DNA of 64,000 nucleotides, taken from NCBI GenBank assembly GCA_964187785.1, contig OZ076409.1:76076001-76140000 (forward strand), given 5' to 3'. Of the stretch, positions 1 through 15,000 are shown piece after piece. This stretch comes from Amphiscolops sp. MND2022 (Eukaryota). The notes below the pieces were generated by a model. It ran no database searches and had not been told where the DNA came from. It worked only from the letters and a program-made list of their open reading frames with translations. Numbering within the stretch: the stretch's first letter is position 1; every line of letters starts with the position of its first letter. The position numbers and the translations under genes are program-made.

Positions 1-3000
1 TTGGAGATAGCTTCAAGATAGAAAAATTTGGTTTGGACCTCCGGAGCCACTGCAACACGGTCAAGAAACTTTTAGCAGGGTACCAAAGTTTTAAATCAAC
101 AGAAAAAAAGTTATGTGGTCCAATATGAATTTTACCCCTAAAATGACCCCCTAACGGTCGCCCGTGTGGCCAGAAAAAAATTTTCCGGGGTATGGAACCC
201 GGTGGGGGGCGATCAATTTTGGAAAATCTGGTGGGGGCCGCTCCAACTTTAAAATCCTATGGTTAGATCACGAGATCCCGAAATTTTTGCAAGATTTCCT
301 ATCGATAGCTATTAGAGTTGAAATCGGATTCAGGACCCTACCCGAATCCTCCAAAATTTTTGTTGGGGTTACCCCCCCGCACCTAGCTGCTACCGCGGGT
401 GGGTGTAGATATTAAAGGTGTTTGTTATACGTCGTCGAAGGGCATGCCTCGGCATGCCCACAGACGGTGGGCGTTGATGTAAAGTATGTGGCGTTGACGT
501 TAATTAAACTAAAACGTGAGGTTTCAGCTTCCATAATGAGACCTATTGAAAATATTGATCTTCTTTTTCAATGTTAGTTAGTTTTAGTCAATACCATTTA
601 TTATTTTATTCAATTTGGTGGCATTTGGACACATTTTGAATGGGAAAAATCAACTTTGTAAACAATTTGTTAACTGTTATTCTTATAACGGAATTATCAC
701 GACATTGTTTTGCCGTTGGCAAAATGTTGATGAAGCTCTTATTGGTACTAATGCAACATATACCTACCCAAAAACACTCTTGCTTAACGATTTTAGAAGG
801 ATAGCCCTTCCAAGTTGACACCAGGTCAACTTGAAAGGCTATCAAAATGTAACGGTTATGTTGACTGAAGCATTGGAGGTCCCTGAAACTAATGTGAAAA
901 AATTTTATTTCCCAAAAAAGTCCGTAATAGTTGATATTTTGACGATTCAACCCACAAAACTACGCCTAAAGACATTTTGAAACCAAAAAACCTATTCTGT
1001 GACCAACGGTTTGGACTTCCGGTGCTATATACCGTTACCCCCCACAAGGTTTCATGACTATGTTCACTTCTGGAGACCTTTAAAACACCTTCCAGGTACT
1101 TTTATCTATAAAATACCAAACATTTGTACCCTATGAACACAAAATGTGGCCATTTCCGGTCGTTAACGGTACCAGGGGGACTTTGGGGTCAACATAACGG
1201 TTATTTCCGAATGCTCGCCTCACGTCCTCCCTTACCTCATATAGTGTCCAAGCACCTATTACCACTCCTTCCGCACCTAAATACACTTCAAATAATATAA
1301 AAATTGCAAATTTACCCACATAACGGTCATTTCCGGTCTCAAGGGGTAACGGGGGTGACTGAAACTAGATCCCCCAACTCGTCTCAATGAGTACTACAAT
1401 ATGTTACCTATCGTTGCCCGGCTAGGATCGACCCTTTGGGCTCAAAAAGTGCAATTTCCGGTCACATAGCGGTTAGGCTGGGGGGCCAAGTCGGTAACGG
1501 TGATAGATAGCGGTAATCTGTTTGCCCCCCTGAAGGCACCATATCATGGGTATGAAACCTTGTAGTAGTGATGGACACGATTGCTCCACGCGTTCACGAG
1601 ATATTTACCCCTCAATGCCCGTTTTCCGGTTTTAACAGCAAAAAAAGGAGGCGATCACCCTAATAGCGGCTAACGGGTTGGGTCAGGGGGTCCGAAACCA
1701 CATGTTTCCGGTTGGTCCTTGTCTAAACCTACTTTTGATATATGGCACCCGACACCCTACTCCCACTCCTTCACACCGGAAATTGCGGGGAAAATTGAAG
1801 GGGGGCATTTTTAAAACTCACATAACGGTCATTTCCCGTCCGAGGGGTAAACTGGGGTCGGCAAACTACATGTCCCCCAACACGTCTCCAGATGCACTAC
1901 AAAACATTACCAAACGACTCCGTGCTCAGACGACTCCTTCCCTGTCAAAAAAGGCAATTTCCGGCAAAATAACGGTTGGGCCGGGGGGGCAAGTCCGTAA
2001 CGGTGCATGATAGAAAAATTTTGTTTGGACCTACGGAGGCCCCTTATCACGTACATGAGGTTTTGTCTGCTGACCGGAAGCGCTAAATCCACGGGGGGAA
2101 AAGATATGACGCAAAAAATAAATTTTACCCCCTGAGTTACCCCTTAACGGTCCCCGTTACCCATGACCTCCATTTTTGCCCAACTTGGAACCCAGTGGGG
2201 GGCGATCTACTCTCAAAAAGTGAGTGGGGGCCAAAAAATTAAAGAAGGGGCGTGGTTAGTTCCCGAGATCGGGTTTAAAAGGTATGGGTTTTTAACGATA
2301 GCTGGCGGCACTAAGCTCGGAATCAGGACCCTACCCGATTCCTCCAAGAAAAAAGTTGGGGTTACCCCCCCGCACCTAGCCCGGGATGTACGGGCGTCGT
2401 TAGGTATGTATTTGGTATACGTCGTCGAAGGGCATGCCTCGGCATGCCCACAGACGGTGGGCGTTGATGTAAAGTGTGTGGCGTTGACGTTAATTAAACT
2501 AAAATATGACGTTTCAGCTTCCATAATGAAATGTAATATTCCATTTGAACTTTTATAAATCTGTTACATACATTCCAATTAATACCATTTGTTAGGTAAA
2601 TAGGTTTCCTGGCATTTAGGACACATTTTGTATGGAAAAAACCATTTTTTTCAACAATTTGCTCACTATGATTCTAATAACGGAATCATGACGGCATAGT
2701 TTTTGTCGTTGATACACTGTTGATGAAGCTCTAATTGGTACTAATGCAATATATACCTACCCAAAAACACTCTTGATTAACGATTTCAGAAGGATAGCGC
2801 TTCCAAGTTGACACCAGGCCAACTTGAAAGGCTATCAAAATGTAACGGTTATGTTGGTTGAGGTTTCGGAGTCTCTGAAACTATATGGAAAAACTTTAAT
2901 TTTTAATAATAGTCCATAATAGTCGACAAAGGTACGCCGAAAGACATTTTCAAACCAAAAACCTATCCTGTGTCCAACGGTTTGGACTTCCGGTGCTATA

Positions 3001-6000
3001 TACCCCGTTACCCCCCACAAGGTTTCATGACTATGTTCACTACTGCAGACCGTCGAAACACCTAATAGATACTTTTATCTACAAAATACCCAACATTTGT
3101 ACACAATAGACACAAAATTTGACCATTTCCGGTCGTTTACGGTACCAGGGGGACTTTAGGGTCAACATAACGGTTATTTCCGAATGCTCGCCTCACGTCC
3201 TTCCTTACATCATACAGTGTCCAAGCACCTATTACCACTCCTTCCGCATCTAAATGCCCTTGAAATAGGACAAAAATGGCAATTTTTTTCACATAACCGT
3301 CATTTCCGGTCGTAAGGGGTAACGGGGGGTGACTGAAACTATGTCCCCCAACTCGTCTCAATGAGTACTACAATAAGTTACCTAACGTTCCCTGGCTGGG
3401 ACCGACCCTTTGGGCTCAAAATATGACATTTCCGGTCACTTAATGGTTAGCCTGGGGGGCCAAGTCCGTAACGGTGATAGATAGCGGAAATCTGTTTGCC
3501 CCCCTGAAGGCACCATATCATGAGTATGAAACCTTGTAGTAGTGAAGGACACCGTAGCTCCACGCGTTCACGAGATATTTACCCCTCAATGCCCATTTTC
3601 CGTTTTTAACCGTAAAAAAACGGGCCGGAAGCCCCATTTCCTGCTAACGGGTTGGGCCAGGGGGTCCCAAACCACATGTTTCCGATAGATCCTTGTCTAA
3701 ACCTACTTTTGATATATGGCACCCGACGCGCTACTCCCACTCCTTCACACCGGAAATAGCGGTAAAACGTGGAGGGGGACATTTTTGCCGCTCATATAAC
3801 GGTCATTTCCTGTGCGGGGGGTAAACTGAGGTTCACAAACTACATGTCCCCCACTTCGTCTCAAGGCCGTCCCCAAAACATCACCTAACGACCCCGCGCT
3901 CAGACGACTCCTTCCGGGTCAAAAACCTGCGTTTCCGGAAAAATAACGTTTTGGGCGGGGGGGTACTTGGAGATAGCTTCAAGCTAGAAAAATTTGGTTT
4001 GGACCTCCGGAGCCCTTGCAACACGGTCAAGAAACTTTTAGCAGGGTCCCAACGTTTTAAATCAACAGAAAAAAAGTTATGTGGCCCAATATGAATTTTA
4101 CCCCTAAAATGACCCCCTAACGGTCGCCCGTGTGGCCAGAAAAAAATTTTCCGGGGTATGGAACCCGGTGGGGGGCGCTAATTTTCGGAAAATCTGGTGG
4201 GGGCCGCTCCAACTTTAAAATCCTATGGTTAGATCACGAGATCCCGAAATTTTTGCAAGATTTCCTATCGATAGCTATTAGAGTTAAAATCGGATTCAGG
4301 ACCCTACCCGAATCCTCCAATATATTTGTTGGGGTTACCCCCCCGCACCTAGCCCGGGATGTACGGGCGTCGTTAGGTATGTATTTGGTATATGTCGTCG
4401 AAGGGCATGCCTCGGCATGCCCACAGACGGTGGGCGTTGATGTAAAGTGTGTGGCGTTGACGTTAATTAAACTATGTTATGAATTTTTAGCTTGAATAAT
4501 GAAACGTAATAATCAATTTGAACTTTTATTACCTGTTATATACAATTCAATCAATACCATTTGTTTGGTAAAAAGGTTTTCTGGCATTTACGACACATTT
4601 GAAATGTAAAAAATCAAATTTATCAACATTTTCTTAACCATTATTCTAATAACGGAATCATCACGACATAGTTTTTGTCGTTGGCAAACTTTTCTTGAAG
4701 CTCTAATTGATTCTAAAGTAATACAAACATACTCAAAAACACACTTGATTAATGATTTTTGAAGGATAGCCCTTCCAAGTTGACACCAGGCCAACTTGAA
4801 AGGCTATCATAACGTAACGGTTATGTTGGTTGAGGTTTCGGAGTCTCTGAAACTATATGGAAAAACTGTATTTTTCAAAAATAGTCCATAATAGTCAACA
4901 AAAGTAGGCCGAAAGACATTTTAAAACCAAAAAACTTATCCTTTCTCCAACGGTTTGGACTTCCGGTGCTATATACCGTTACCCCCCACAAGGTTTCATG
5001 ACTATGTTCACGACTGCAGACCGTCAAAACACCTAATAGGTACTGTTATCCAAAAAACACCAAACATTTGTACCCTTTGAACACAAAATTTGACCATTAC
5101 GGGTCACTTCCGGTACCAGGGGGACTTTAGGGTCAACATAACGGTTATTTCCGAATGCTCGCCTCACGTCCTCCCTTCCTTCATATAGTGTCCAAGCACC
5201 TATTACCACTCCTTCCGCACCTAAATACACTTGAAAAAGTATAAAACTTGCAAATTTACCCACATAACGGTCATTTCCGGTCCCAAGGGGTAACGGGGGG
5301 TGACTGAAACTTTGTCCCCCAACTCGTCTCATTGAGTACTACAATAAGTTTCCTAACGTTCCCTGGCTGGGACCGACCCTTTGGGCTCAAAAAGTGACAT
5401 TTCCGGTCACATAGCGGTTAGGCTGGGGGGCCAAGTCCGTAACGGTGATAGATAGCGGAAATCTGTTTGCCCCCCTGAAGGCACCATATCATGGGTATGA
5501 AACCTTGTAGTAGTGATGGACACGATTGCTCCACGCGTTCACGAGATATTTACCCCTCAATGCCCATTTTACGGTTTTAGCAATAAAAAAAGGAGGCGGA
5601 AGCCCCATTTCCCGCTAACGGGTTGGGTCAGGGGGTCCCAAACCACATGTTTCCGATAGGTCCTTGTCTAAACCTACTTTTGTTATATAACACCCGACGC
5701 GCTACTCCCACTCCTTCACACCGGAAATAGCGGTAAAACGTGGAGGGGGGCATTTTTCCCGCTCATATAACGGTCATTTCCCGTGCGGGGGGTAAACTGG
5801 GGTCGGCAAACTATATATCCCCCGCTTCGTCTCGAGGCCGTCCCCAAAACATCACCTAACGACCCCGCGCTCAGACGACTCCTTCCGGGTCAAAAACCGG
5901 CGTTTCCGGAAAAATAACGGTTTGGGCGGGGGGGTACTTGGAGATAGCTTCAAGATAGAAAAATTTGGTTTGGACCTCCGGGGCCCCTGCAACACGGTCA

Positions 6001-9000
6001 AGAAACTTTTAGCAGGGTCCCAAAGTTTTAATCCAACAGGAAAAAAGTTAAGCGACATTATATAAATTTTACCCCTAAAATGACCCCTAACGGTCGCCCG
6101 TGTACCCCGTCAGAATATTTCAATCACGCTGGAACCCGGTGGGGGGCGAATAACTTTGGAAAATCTGGTGGGGGCCGCTCCAACTTTAAAATCCTATGGT
6201 TAGATCACGAGATCGCAAAAAATTTCCCAGATTTCTACTGAGAGCTGGGCGAACTAAGATCGGATTCAGGACCCTACCCGAATCCTCCAAGATAAGGGAT
6301 GGGGTTTCCCCCCCGCACCTAGCTGCTACCGCGCTCGGGGGTGTTGTGTTGGAGGAATTTGGTATACGTCGTCGAAGGGCATGCCTCGGCATGCCCACAG
6401 ACGGTGGGCGTTGATGTAAAGTATGTGGCGTTGACATTATTGAAACTATAATATGACATTTCAGCTTCCATAATGAAACCTAATATTCAATTTGAAGTTT
6501 TATTAGCTGTTATATACAATTCAATCAATTCCATTTGTTTGGTAAAGAGGTTTTCTGGCATTTAGAACACATTTAAAGTGTAAAAAATCAACTTTATCAA
6601 TTTTTTGTTAACTATTATTCTAATAACGGAATCATCACGACATAGTTTTTATCGTTGGCAAACTTTTCCTGAAGCTCTAATTGATTCTAAAGTAATACAA
6701 ACATACTCAAAAACACACTTGATTAATGATTTTTGAAGGATAGCCCTTCCAAGTTGACACCAGGCCAACTTGAAAGGCTATCATAAGGTAACGGTTATGT
6801 TGGTTGAGGTTTCGGAGTCTCTGAAACTATTTGGAAAAAGTTTATTTTTCAAAAATAGTCCATAATAGTCAACAAAAGTAGGCCGAAAGACATTTTAAAA
6901 CCAAAAAACTTATCCTGTCTCCAACGGTTTGGACTTCCGGTGCTATATACCGTTACCCCCCACAAGGTTTCATGACTATGTTCACGACTGCAGACCGTCG
7001 AAACACCTAATAGGTACTGTTATCCAAAAAACACCAACTATTTGTACCCTTTAAACACAAAATTTGACCATTACGGGTCACTTCCGGTACCAGGGGGACT
7101 TTAGGGTCAGCATAACGGTTAATTCCGAAAGCTCGCCTCACGCCCTCCCTATCATCATATAGTGTCCAAGCACGTATTACCACTCCTTCCGCATCTAAAT
7201 GCCCTCCAAAAAGTACAAAAAAAGCAAATTTACCCACATAACGGTCATTTCCGGTCCTAAGGGGTAACGGGGGGTGACTGAAACTATGTCCCCCAACTCG
7301 TCTCAATGAGTACTACAATAAGTTACCTAACGTTCCCTGGCTGAGACCGACCCTTTGTTCTCAAAAAGTGACATTTCCGGTCACATAGCGGTTAGGCTGG
7401 GGGGCCAAGTCAGTAACGGTGATAGATAGCGGAAATCTGTTTGCCCCCCTGAAGGCACCATATCATGGGTATGAAACCTTGTAGTAGTGATGGACACCGT
7501 AGCTCCACGCGTTCACGAGATATTTACCCTTCAATGCCCATTTTACGGTTTTAGCAGTAAAAAAAGGAGGCGGAAGCCCCATTTCCCGCTAACGGGTTGG
7601 TCCAGGGGGTCCAAAACCACATGTTTCCGATAGGTCCTTGTCTAAACCTACTTTTGATATATGGCACCCGACGCGCTACTTCCACTCCTTCACACCGAAA
7701 ATAGCGGTAAAACGTGGAAGGGGGCATTTTTCCCGCTCATATAACGGTCATTTCCCGTCCGGGGGGTAAACTGGGGTTGGCAAACTGCATGTCCCCCGCT
7801 TCGTCTCAAGGCCGTCCCCAATACATCACCTAACGACCCCGCGCTCCGACGACTCCTTCCGGGTCAAAAACCTGCGTTTCCGGAAAAATAACGTTTTGGG
7901 CGGGGGGGTACTTGGAGATAGCTTCAAGATAGAAAAATTTGGTTTGGACCTCCGGGGCCCCTGCAACACGGCCAAGAAACTTTTAGCAGGGTCCCAAAGT
8001 TTTAAATCAACAGAAAAAAAGTTATGTGGCCCAATATGAATTTTACCCCTAAAATGACCCCCTAACGGTCGCCCGTGTGGCCAGAAAAAAATTTTCCGGG
8101 GTATGGAACCCGGTGGGGGGCGCTAATTTTCGGAAAATCTGGTGGGGGCCGCTCCAACTTTAAAATCCTATGGTTAGATCACGAGATCCCGAATCCTATC
8201 CAAATTTTCTTAACGAAAGCTGGCAGCACTGAACTCGGATTCAGGACCCTACCCGAATCCTCCAATATCTTTGTTGGGGTTACCCCCCCGCACCTAGCTG
8301 CTACCGCGGGTGGGTGTAGATATGGAGGTTGTTTGGTATACGTCGTCGAAGGGCATGCCTCGGCATGCCCACAGACGGTGGGCGTTGATGTAAAGTATGT
8401 GGCGTTGACGTTAATTAAACTAAAACGTGAGGTTTCAGCTTCCATAATGAGACCTAATAAAAATGTTGATCTTCTTTTTCATTGTTATTTAGTTTTAGTC
8501 AATACCATTTATTATTTTATTCAATTTGGTGGCATTAGGACACATTTTTAATGGAAAAAATCAACTTTGAAAACAATTTGTTAACTAATATTTTTATAAC
8601 GGAATTATCACGACATCGTTTTTGCCGTTGGCAAACTGTTGATGAAGCTCTAATTGGTACTAATGCAACATATACCTACCCAAAAACACTCTTGATTAAC
8701 GATTTTAGAAGGATAGCCCTTCCAAGTTGACACCAGGTCAACTTGAAAGGCTATCAAAATGTAACGGTTATGTTGACTGAAGCATTGGAGGTCCCTGAAA
8801 CTAATGTGAAAAAATTTTATTTCCGAAAAAAGTCCGTATTAGTTGATATTATGACGATTCAACCCACAAAACTATGCCTAAAGACATTTTGAAACCAAAA
8901 AACCTATTCTGTGACCAACGGTTTGGACTTCCGGTGCTATATACCGTTACCCCCCACAAGGTTTCATGACTATGTTCACTTCTGGAGGCCTTTAAAACAC

Positions 9001-12000
9001 CTTCCAGGTACTTTTATCCATAAAATACCAAACATTTGTACCCAATAGACACAAAATTTGGCCATTTCCGGTCGTTAACGGTACCAGGGGGACTTTGAGG
9101 TCAACATAACGGTTATTTCCGAATGCTCTCCTCACGACCTCCATTACATCATATAGTGTCCAAGCACCTATTACCACTCCTTCCGCACCTAAATACACTT
9201 CAAAGAGTATAAAAATTGCAAATTTACCCACATAACGGTCATTTCCGGTCCCAAGGGGTAACGGGGGTTGACTGAAACTATATCCCCCAACTCGTCTCAT
9301 TGAGTACTACAATAAGTTACCTAACGTTCCCCGGCTGGGACCGACCCTTTGGGCTCAAAAAGTGACATTTCCGGTCACATAGCGGTTAGGCTGGGGGGCC
9401 AAGTCGGTAACGGTGATAGATAGCGGAAATCTGTTTGCCCCCCTGAAGGCACCATATCATGGGTATGAAACCTTGTAGTAGTGATGGACACGATTGCTCC
9501 ACGCGTTCACGAGATATTTACCCCTCAATGCCCATTTTACGGTTTTAGCAGTAAAAAAAGGAGGCGGAAGCCCCATTTCCCGCTAACGGGTTGGTCCAGG
9601 GGGTCCCAAACTACATGTTTCCGATAGGTCCTTGTCTAAACTTATTTTTGATATATGGCACCCGAAGCGCTACTCCCACTCCTTCACACCGGAAATAGCG
9701 GTAAAACGTGGAGGGGGCATTTTTCCCGCTCATATAACGGTCATTTCCCGTCCGGGGGGAAAACTGGGGTCGGCAAACTATATATCCCCCGCTTCGTCTC
9801 AAGGCCGTCCCCAATACATCACCTAACGACCCCGCGCTCTGACGACTCCTTCCGGGTCAAAAACCTGCGTTTCCGGAAAAATAACGGTTTGGGCGGGGGG
9901 GTACTTGGAGATAGCTTAAAGATAGAAAAATTTGGTTTGGACCTCCGGAGCCCCCGCAACACGGTCAAGAAACTTTTAGCAGGGTCCCAAAGTTTTAATC
10001 CAACAGGAAAAAAGTTATGCGACCGGATATAAACTTTACCCCCAAAATGACCCCTAACGGTCGCCCGTGTACCCCGTCAAAATATTTCAATCACGCTGGA
10101 ACCTGGTGGGGGGCGAATAACTTTGGAAAATCTGGTGGGGGCCGCTCCAACTTTAAAATCCTATGGTTAGATCACGAGATCGCAAAAAAATGCCCAGAGT
10201 TCTACTGAGAGCTGGCGGCACTGAACTCGGATTCAGGACCCTACCCGAATCCTCCAAGATAAGGGATGGGGTTTCCCCCCCGCACCTAGCTGCTAACGCG
10301 CTCGGGGGTGTTGTGTTAAAGGAATTTGGTATACGTCGTCGAAAGGCATGCCTCGGCATGCCTACGGACGGTGGGCGTTGATGTAAAGTATGTGGCGTTG
10401 ACGTTAATTAAGTTAAAACGTGAGGTTTCAGCTTCCATAATGAGACCTATTAAAAATGTTGAGCTTCTTTTTCAATGTTCTTTAGTTTTAGTCAATACCA
10501 TTTATTATTTTATTCAATTTGGTGGCATTAGGACACATTTCGAATGGAAAAAATCAACTTTGGAAACAATTTGTTAATTAATATTCTTATAACGGAATTA
10601 TCACGACATCGTTTTTGCCGTTGGCAAACTGTTGATGAAGCTCTAATTGGTACTAATGCGACATATACCTACCCAAAAACACTCTTGATTAACGATTTTA
10701 GAAGGATAGCCCTTCCAAGTTGACACCAGGCCAACTTGAAAGGCTATCAAAATGTAACGGTTATGTTGACTGAAACATTGGAGGTCCCTGAAACTGATGT
10801 GAAAAAATTTTATTTCCGAAAAAAGTCCGTATTAGTTGATATTATGACGATTCAACCCACAAAACTACGCCTCAAGACATTTTGAAACCAAAAAATCTAT
10901 TCTGTAACTAACGGTTTGGACTTCCGGTGCTATATACCGTTACCCCCCACAAAGTTTCATGACTATGTTCACTTCTGGAGGCCTTTAAAACACCTTCCAG
11001 GTACTTTAATCCATAAAGTACCAAACATTTGTACCCTATAAACACAAAATTTGGCCATTTCCGGTTGTTAACGGTACCAGGGGGACTTTGGGGTCAACGT
11101 AACGGTTACTTCCGAATGCTCTCCTCACGACCTCCATTACATCATATAGTGTCCAAGCACCTATTACCACTCCTTCTGCACCTAAATGCCTTTCAAAAGG
11201 TATAAAAATTGCAATTCTACTCACATAACGGTCATTTCCGGTCTCAAGGGGTAACGGGGGGTGACTGAAACTATGTCCCCCAACTCGTCTCAATGAGTAC
11301 TACAATAAGTTACCTAACGTTGCCCGGCTAGGATCGACCCTTTGGGCTCAAAAAGTGCAATTTCCGGTCACATAGCGGTTAGGCTGGGGGGCCAAGTCCG
11401 TAACGGTGATAGATAGCGGTAATCTGTTTGCCCCCCTGAAGGCACCATATCATGGGTATGAAACCTTGTAGTAGTGATGGACACGATTGCTCCACGCGTT
11501 CACGAGATATTTACCCCTCAATACCCGTTTTCCGGTTTTGAGTGTAAAAAAAGGAGGCGATCACCCTAATAGCGGCTAACGGGTTGGGTCAGGGGGTCCG
11601 AAACCACATGTTTCCGGATGGTCCTTGTCTAAACCTACTTTAGATATATGGCACCCGACGCGCTACTCCCACTCCTTCATACCGGAAATTGCGGGGAAAA
11701 TTGAAGGGGGGTAATTTTAAAACTCACATAACGGTCATTTCCCGTCCGGGGGGTAAACTGGGGTCGGCAAACTACATGTCCCCCAACACGTCTCCAGATG
11801 CACTACAAAACATTACCAAACGACTCCGTGCTCAGACGACTCCTTCCCTGTCAAAAAAGGCAATTTCCGGTAAAATAACGGTTGGGCCGGGGGGGCAAGT
11901 CCGTAACGGTGCATGATAGAAAAATTTTGTTTGGACCTATGGAGGCCCCTTATCACGTACATGAGGTTTTGTCTGCTGACCGGAAGCGCTAAATCCACGG

Positions 12001-15000
12001 GGGGAAAAGATATGACGCAAAAAATAAATTTTACCCCCTGAGTTACCCCTTAACGGTCCCCGTTACCCATGACCTCCAATTTTGCCCAACTTGGAACCCA
12101 GTGGGGGGCGATCTACTATCAAAAAGTGAGTGGGGGCCAAAAAATTAAAGAAGGGGCGTGGTTAGTTCTCGAGATCGGGTTTAAAAGGTATAGGTTTTTA
12201 ACGATAGCTGGCGGCACTGAACTCGGAATCAGGACCCTACCCGATTCCTCCAAGAAAAAAGTTGGGGTTTCCCCCCCGCACCTAGCCGCTACCGCTTTAG
12301 TGACCTCGCAGGGGCGTGATTTGGCATACGTCGTCGAAAGGCATGCCTCGGCATGCCTACGGACGGTGGGCGTTGATGTTGGCATGTGGGCGTCGGCTTG
12401 AATTACATTATGCGACGGTAGGGAGCGGTTTCACCTCTGATTAAAAAAAACACCACAGTTGGTAAAACTTTCCAGTCACTATGAATGGGCATCAATCAAC
12501 AATGTTTATTGGAAAAATAGACTTTTGGAAAAATAGTTTATTGGAAAATAGAAAAAATATATAGTGTCAAGAATTGTTATTCTTTTAAAAGCATCATTTT
12601 GAATTTCATCCAACAACGTTAAGAAACATGGTTTTCCTACTATTCGGTCCACAAATTAAAGGTTGGAGTTTTTTTGTCAAATATTAGTTAAATATTTACC
12701 CTTTTGAAAGAATCATATGAATAGTTTTAAATATTGTGGTTAAAATCTTGTTGAAGTTCAAATTGGCCTTGGATAATAACTAAATCACTCAATCACACTG
12801 TTGCTGCGCAGTTGTGAAAGGATAGCCCTTTCAAGTTGACACAAGGTCAACTTGAGGGCTATCATATTGTAACGGTTATTAAGCATATAGAGTTAAAACC
12901 TCAAGCTGATAAAGTGAAAATGTTCAAAGTCTTCAAAAAGAAACACGAATAGACAATACCGTGGCTATGATCCGCAAATACACGTCGATTGGCACTTCCA
13001 AAACAATTTATTACATTTATTCCCCAACGGGGGTTGGATTTACGTGGCAATTTGTTATTTCTCACCGCCATGTTTCCTATTAAATTCTTTTCTTGAAGCT
13101 TTCTAAACACCCTGAATGCACATTGGTTTAATGAAATTAAATGTTTATTCCAACAAAACACAGAAAAGACAAACTTTCTGAAATTTCTCGTGCCGCAGCA
13201 ACTTCAGGGGCATTATAAAGGTCAAGTTCGTACGGTCATCTCACAACACCACAATCATCATAAAGTGGCCAAAGACCTAATACAGCTACTTCTTGGCTTG
13301 AAGGACCTATCGAAAGCAAAAAAAATGTGAAAAAAATTTTCACTACATAACGGTCATTTTCGCTGTTAGTGTGACTTCCGAATCATAATAACGGATATTT
13401 CAGATTGCTTGTTTCACACCAAAACTTTCATTGTATACTGTCCAAAGACATATTACCGATACTTCCTGCCCTAAATGGCCTTCAAAAAGTATAAAAATTA
13501 CATTTTTCACTACATAACGGTCGTTTCCGGTCTAACGGGTCAACGGGGGGTGACTGAAACCATATCCCCCAACTCGTCTCATTGAGTTCTACATAAAGTT
13601 ACCTGACGTTCCCACGCTGGGACTAACCCTTTTGGCTCAAAAAATGACATTTCCGGTAACATAGCGGTTAGGCTGGGGGGCCAAGTCCGTAACGGTGATA
13701 TAAAGCGGTAATCTGTTTTCCCCCCTGAAGGCACCGTATCTTGAGTATGAAACCTTGTAGTAGTGAAGGACACTATAGCTCCACGCGTTTCCAAGATAAT
13801 TCCACTTCAATGCCCGTTTTACAATTTTAACCGCAGAAAAAGGGGGCGGTCACCCTATTTCCGGCTAACGGGTCCGTTCCAAGGGTCCCAAACCACATGT
13901 TTCTGATAGGTCCTTGTTTAAAGCTACTTTTGATATGTAGCACCCGACACGCTATTCCGACTCCTTCACACCAGAAATAGCGGTTAAAGTTGACGGGGGG
14001 CAATTTTAAAACTAACATAACGGTCATTTCCCGTCCGAGGGGTAAACAGGGGTCGGCAAACTACATGTCCCCCAACACGTCTCTAGATGCTCTACAAAAC
14101 ATTACTTAACGACTCCACTCTCAGACGACTCCTTCCCGGTCAAAAAGGGCAGTTTCCGGTAATATAGCGGTTAGGCTGGGGGGCAAAGTCCGTAACGGTG
14201 ATAGATAGCGCTGATCTGTTTGCCCCCCTGAAGACACCATGTCATGGGTATGAAACCTTGTAGGAGTGATGGACACGATTGCTCCACGCGTTCACGAGAT
14301 AATTTCACTTTAATGCCCGTTTTACGGTTTTAACACCAAAAAAAGGAGGCGGTCACCCTATTTCCGGCTAACGGGTCCGTTCAAAGGGTCCCAAACCACA
14401 TGTTTCTGATAGGTCCTTGTTTAAAGCTACTTTTGATATATAGCACCCGACACGCTGTTCCGACTCCTTCACACCAGAAATAGCGGTTAAAGTTGACGGG
14501 GGGCAATTTTAAAACTAACATAACGGTCATTTCCCGTCCGAGGGGTAAACTGGGGTCGGCAAACTACATGTCCCCCACCACGTCTTCAGATGCTCTACAA
14601 AACATTACCAAACGACTCCGCGCTCAGACGACTCCTTCCCGTTCAAAAAGTGCAATTTCCGGTAAAATAGCGGTTTGGGCGGGGGGCCAAGTCCGTAACG
14701 GTGCATGATAGAAAATTTTTGTTTGGCCCCCCGTACCCACTGCATGATGCCCAACAAACCTTTACTAGTGACCGGACCTGCTAAAACGACGGGGGGAAAA
14801 GTTATTCACACTTTTATAAATTTTACCCCCTGATTGACCCCTAACGGTCGCTCGTGTACCCGTCACAACGAAACCACGGGTATGGAACCTGGTGGGGGGC
14901 GATCAGTGCCCAAAATCTGGGTGGGGGCCAAAAAATCATAAACTTCTGACGGGTGGAATCCGAAATCGGTCTCAAAACATCGAAAAATTTTCATACTACA

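Noticed and set aside
410..480. Tandem 5S, snRNA or spliced-leader RNA gene, or ribozyme (retrozyme)
   Set aside because: No recognisable 5S or U-snRNA sequence, no conserved Sm site and no hammerhead core by eye. An Rfam search would be needed to exclude it fully.
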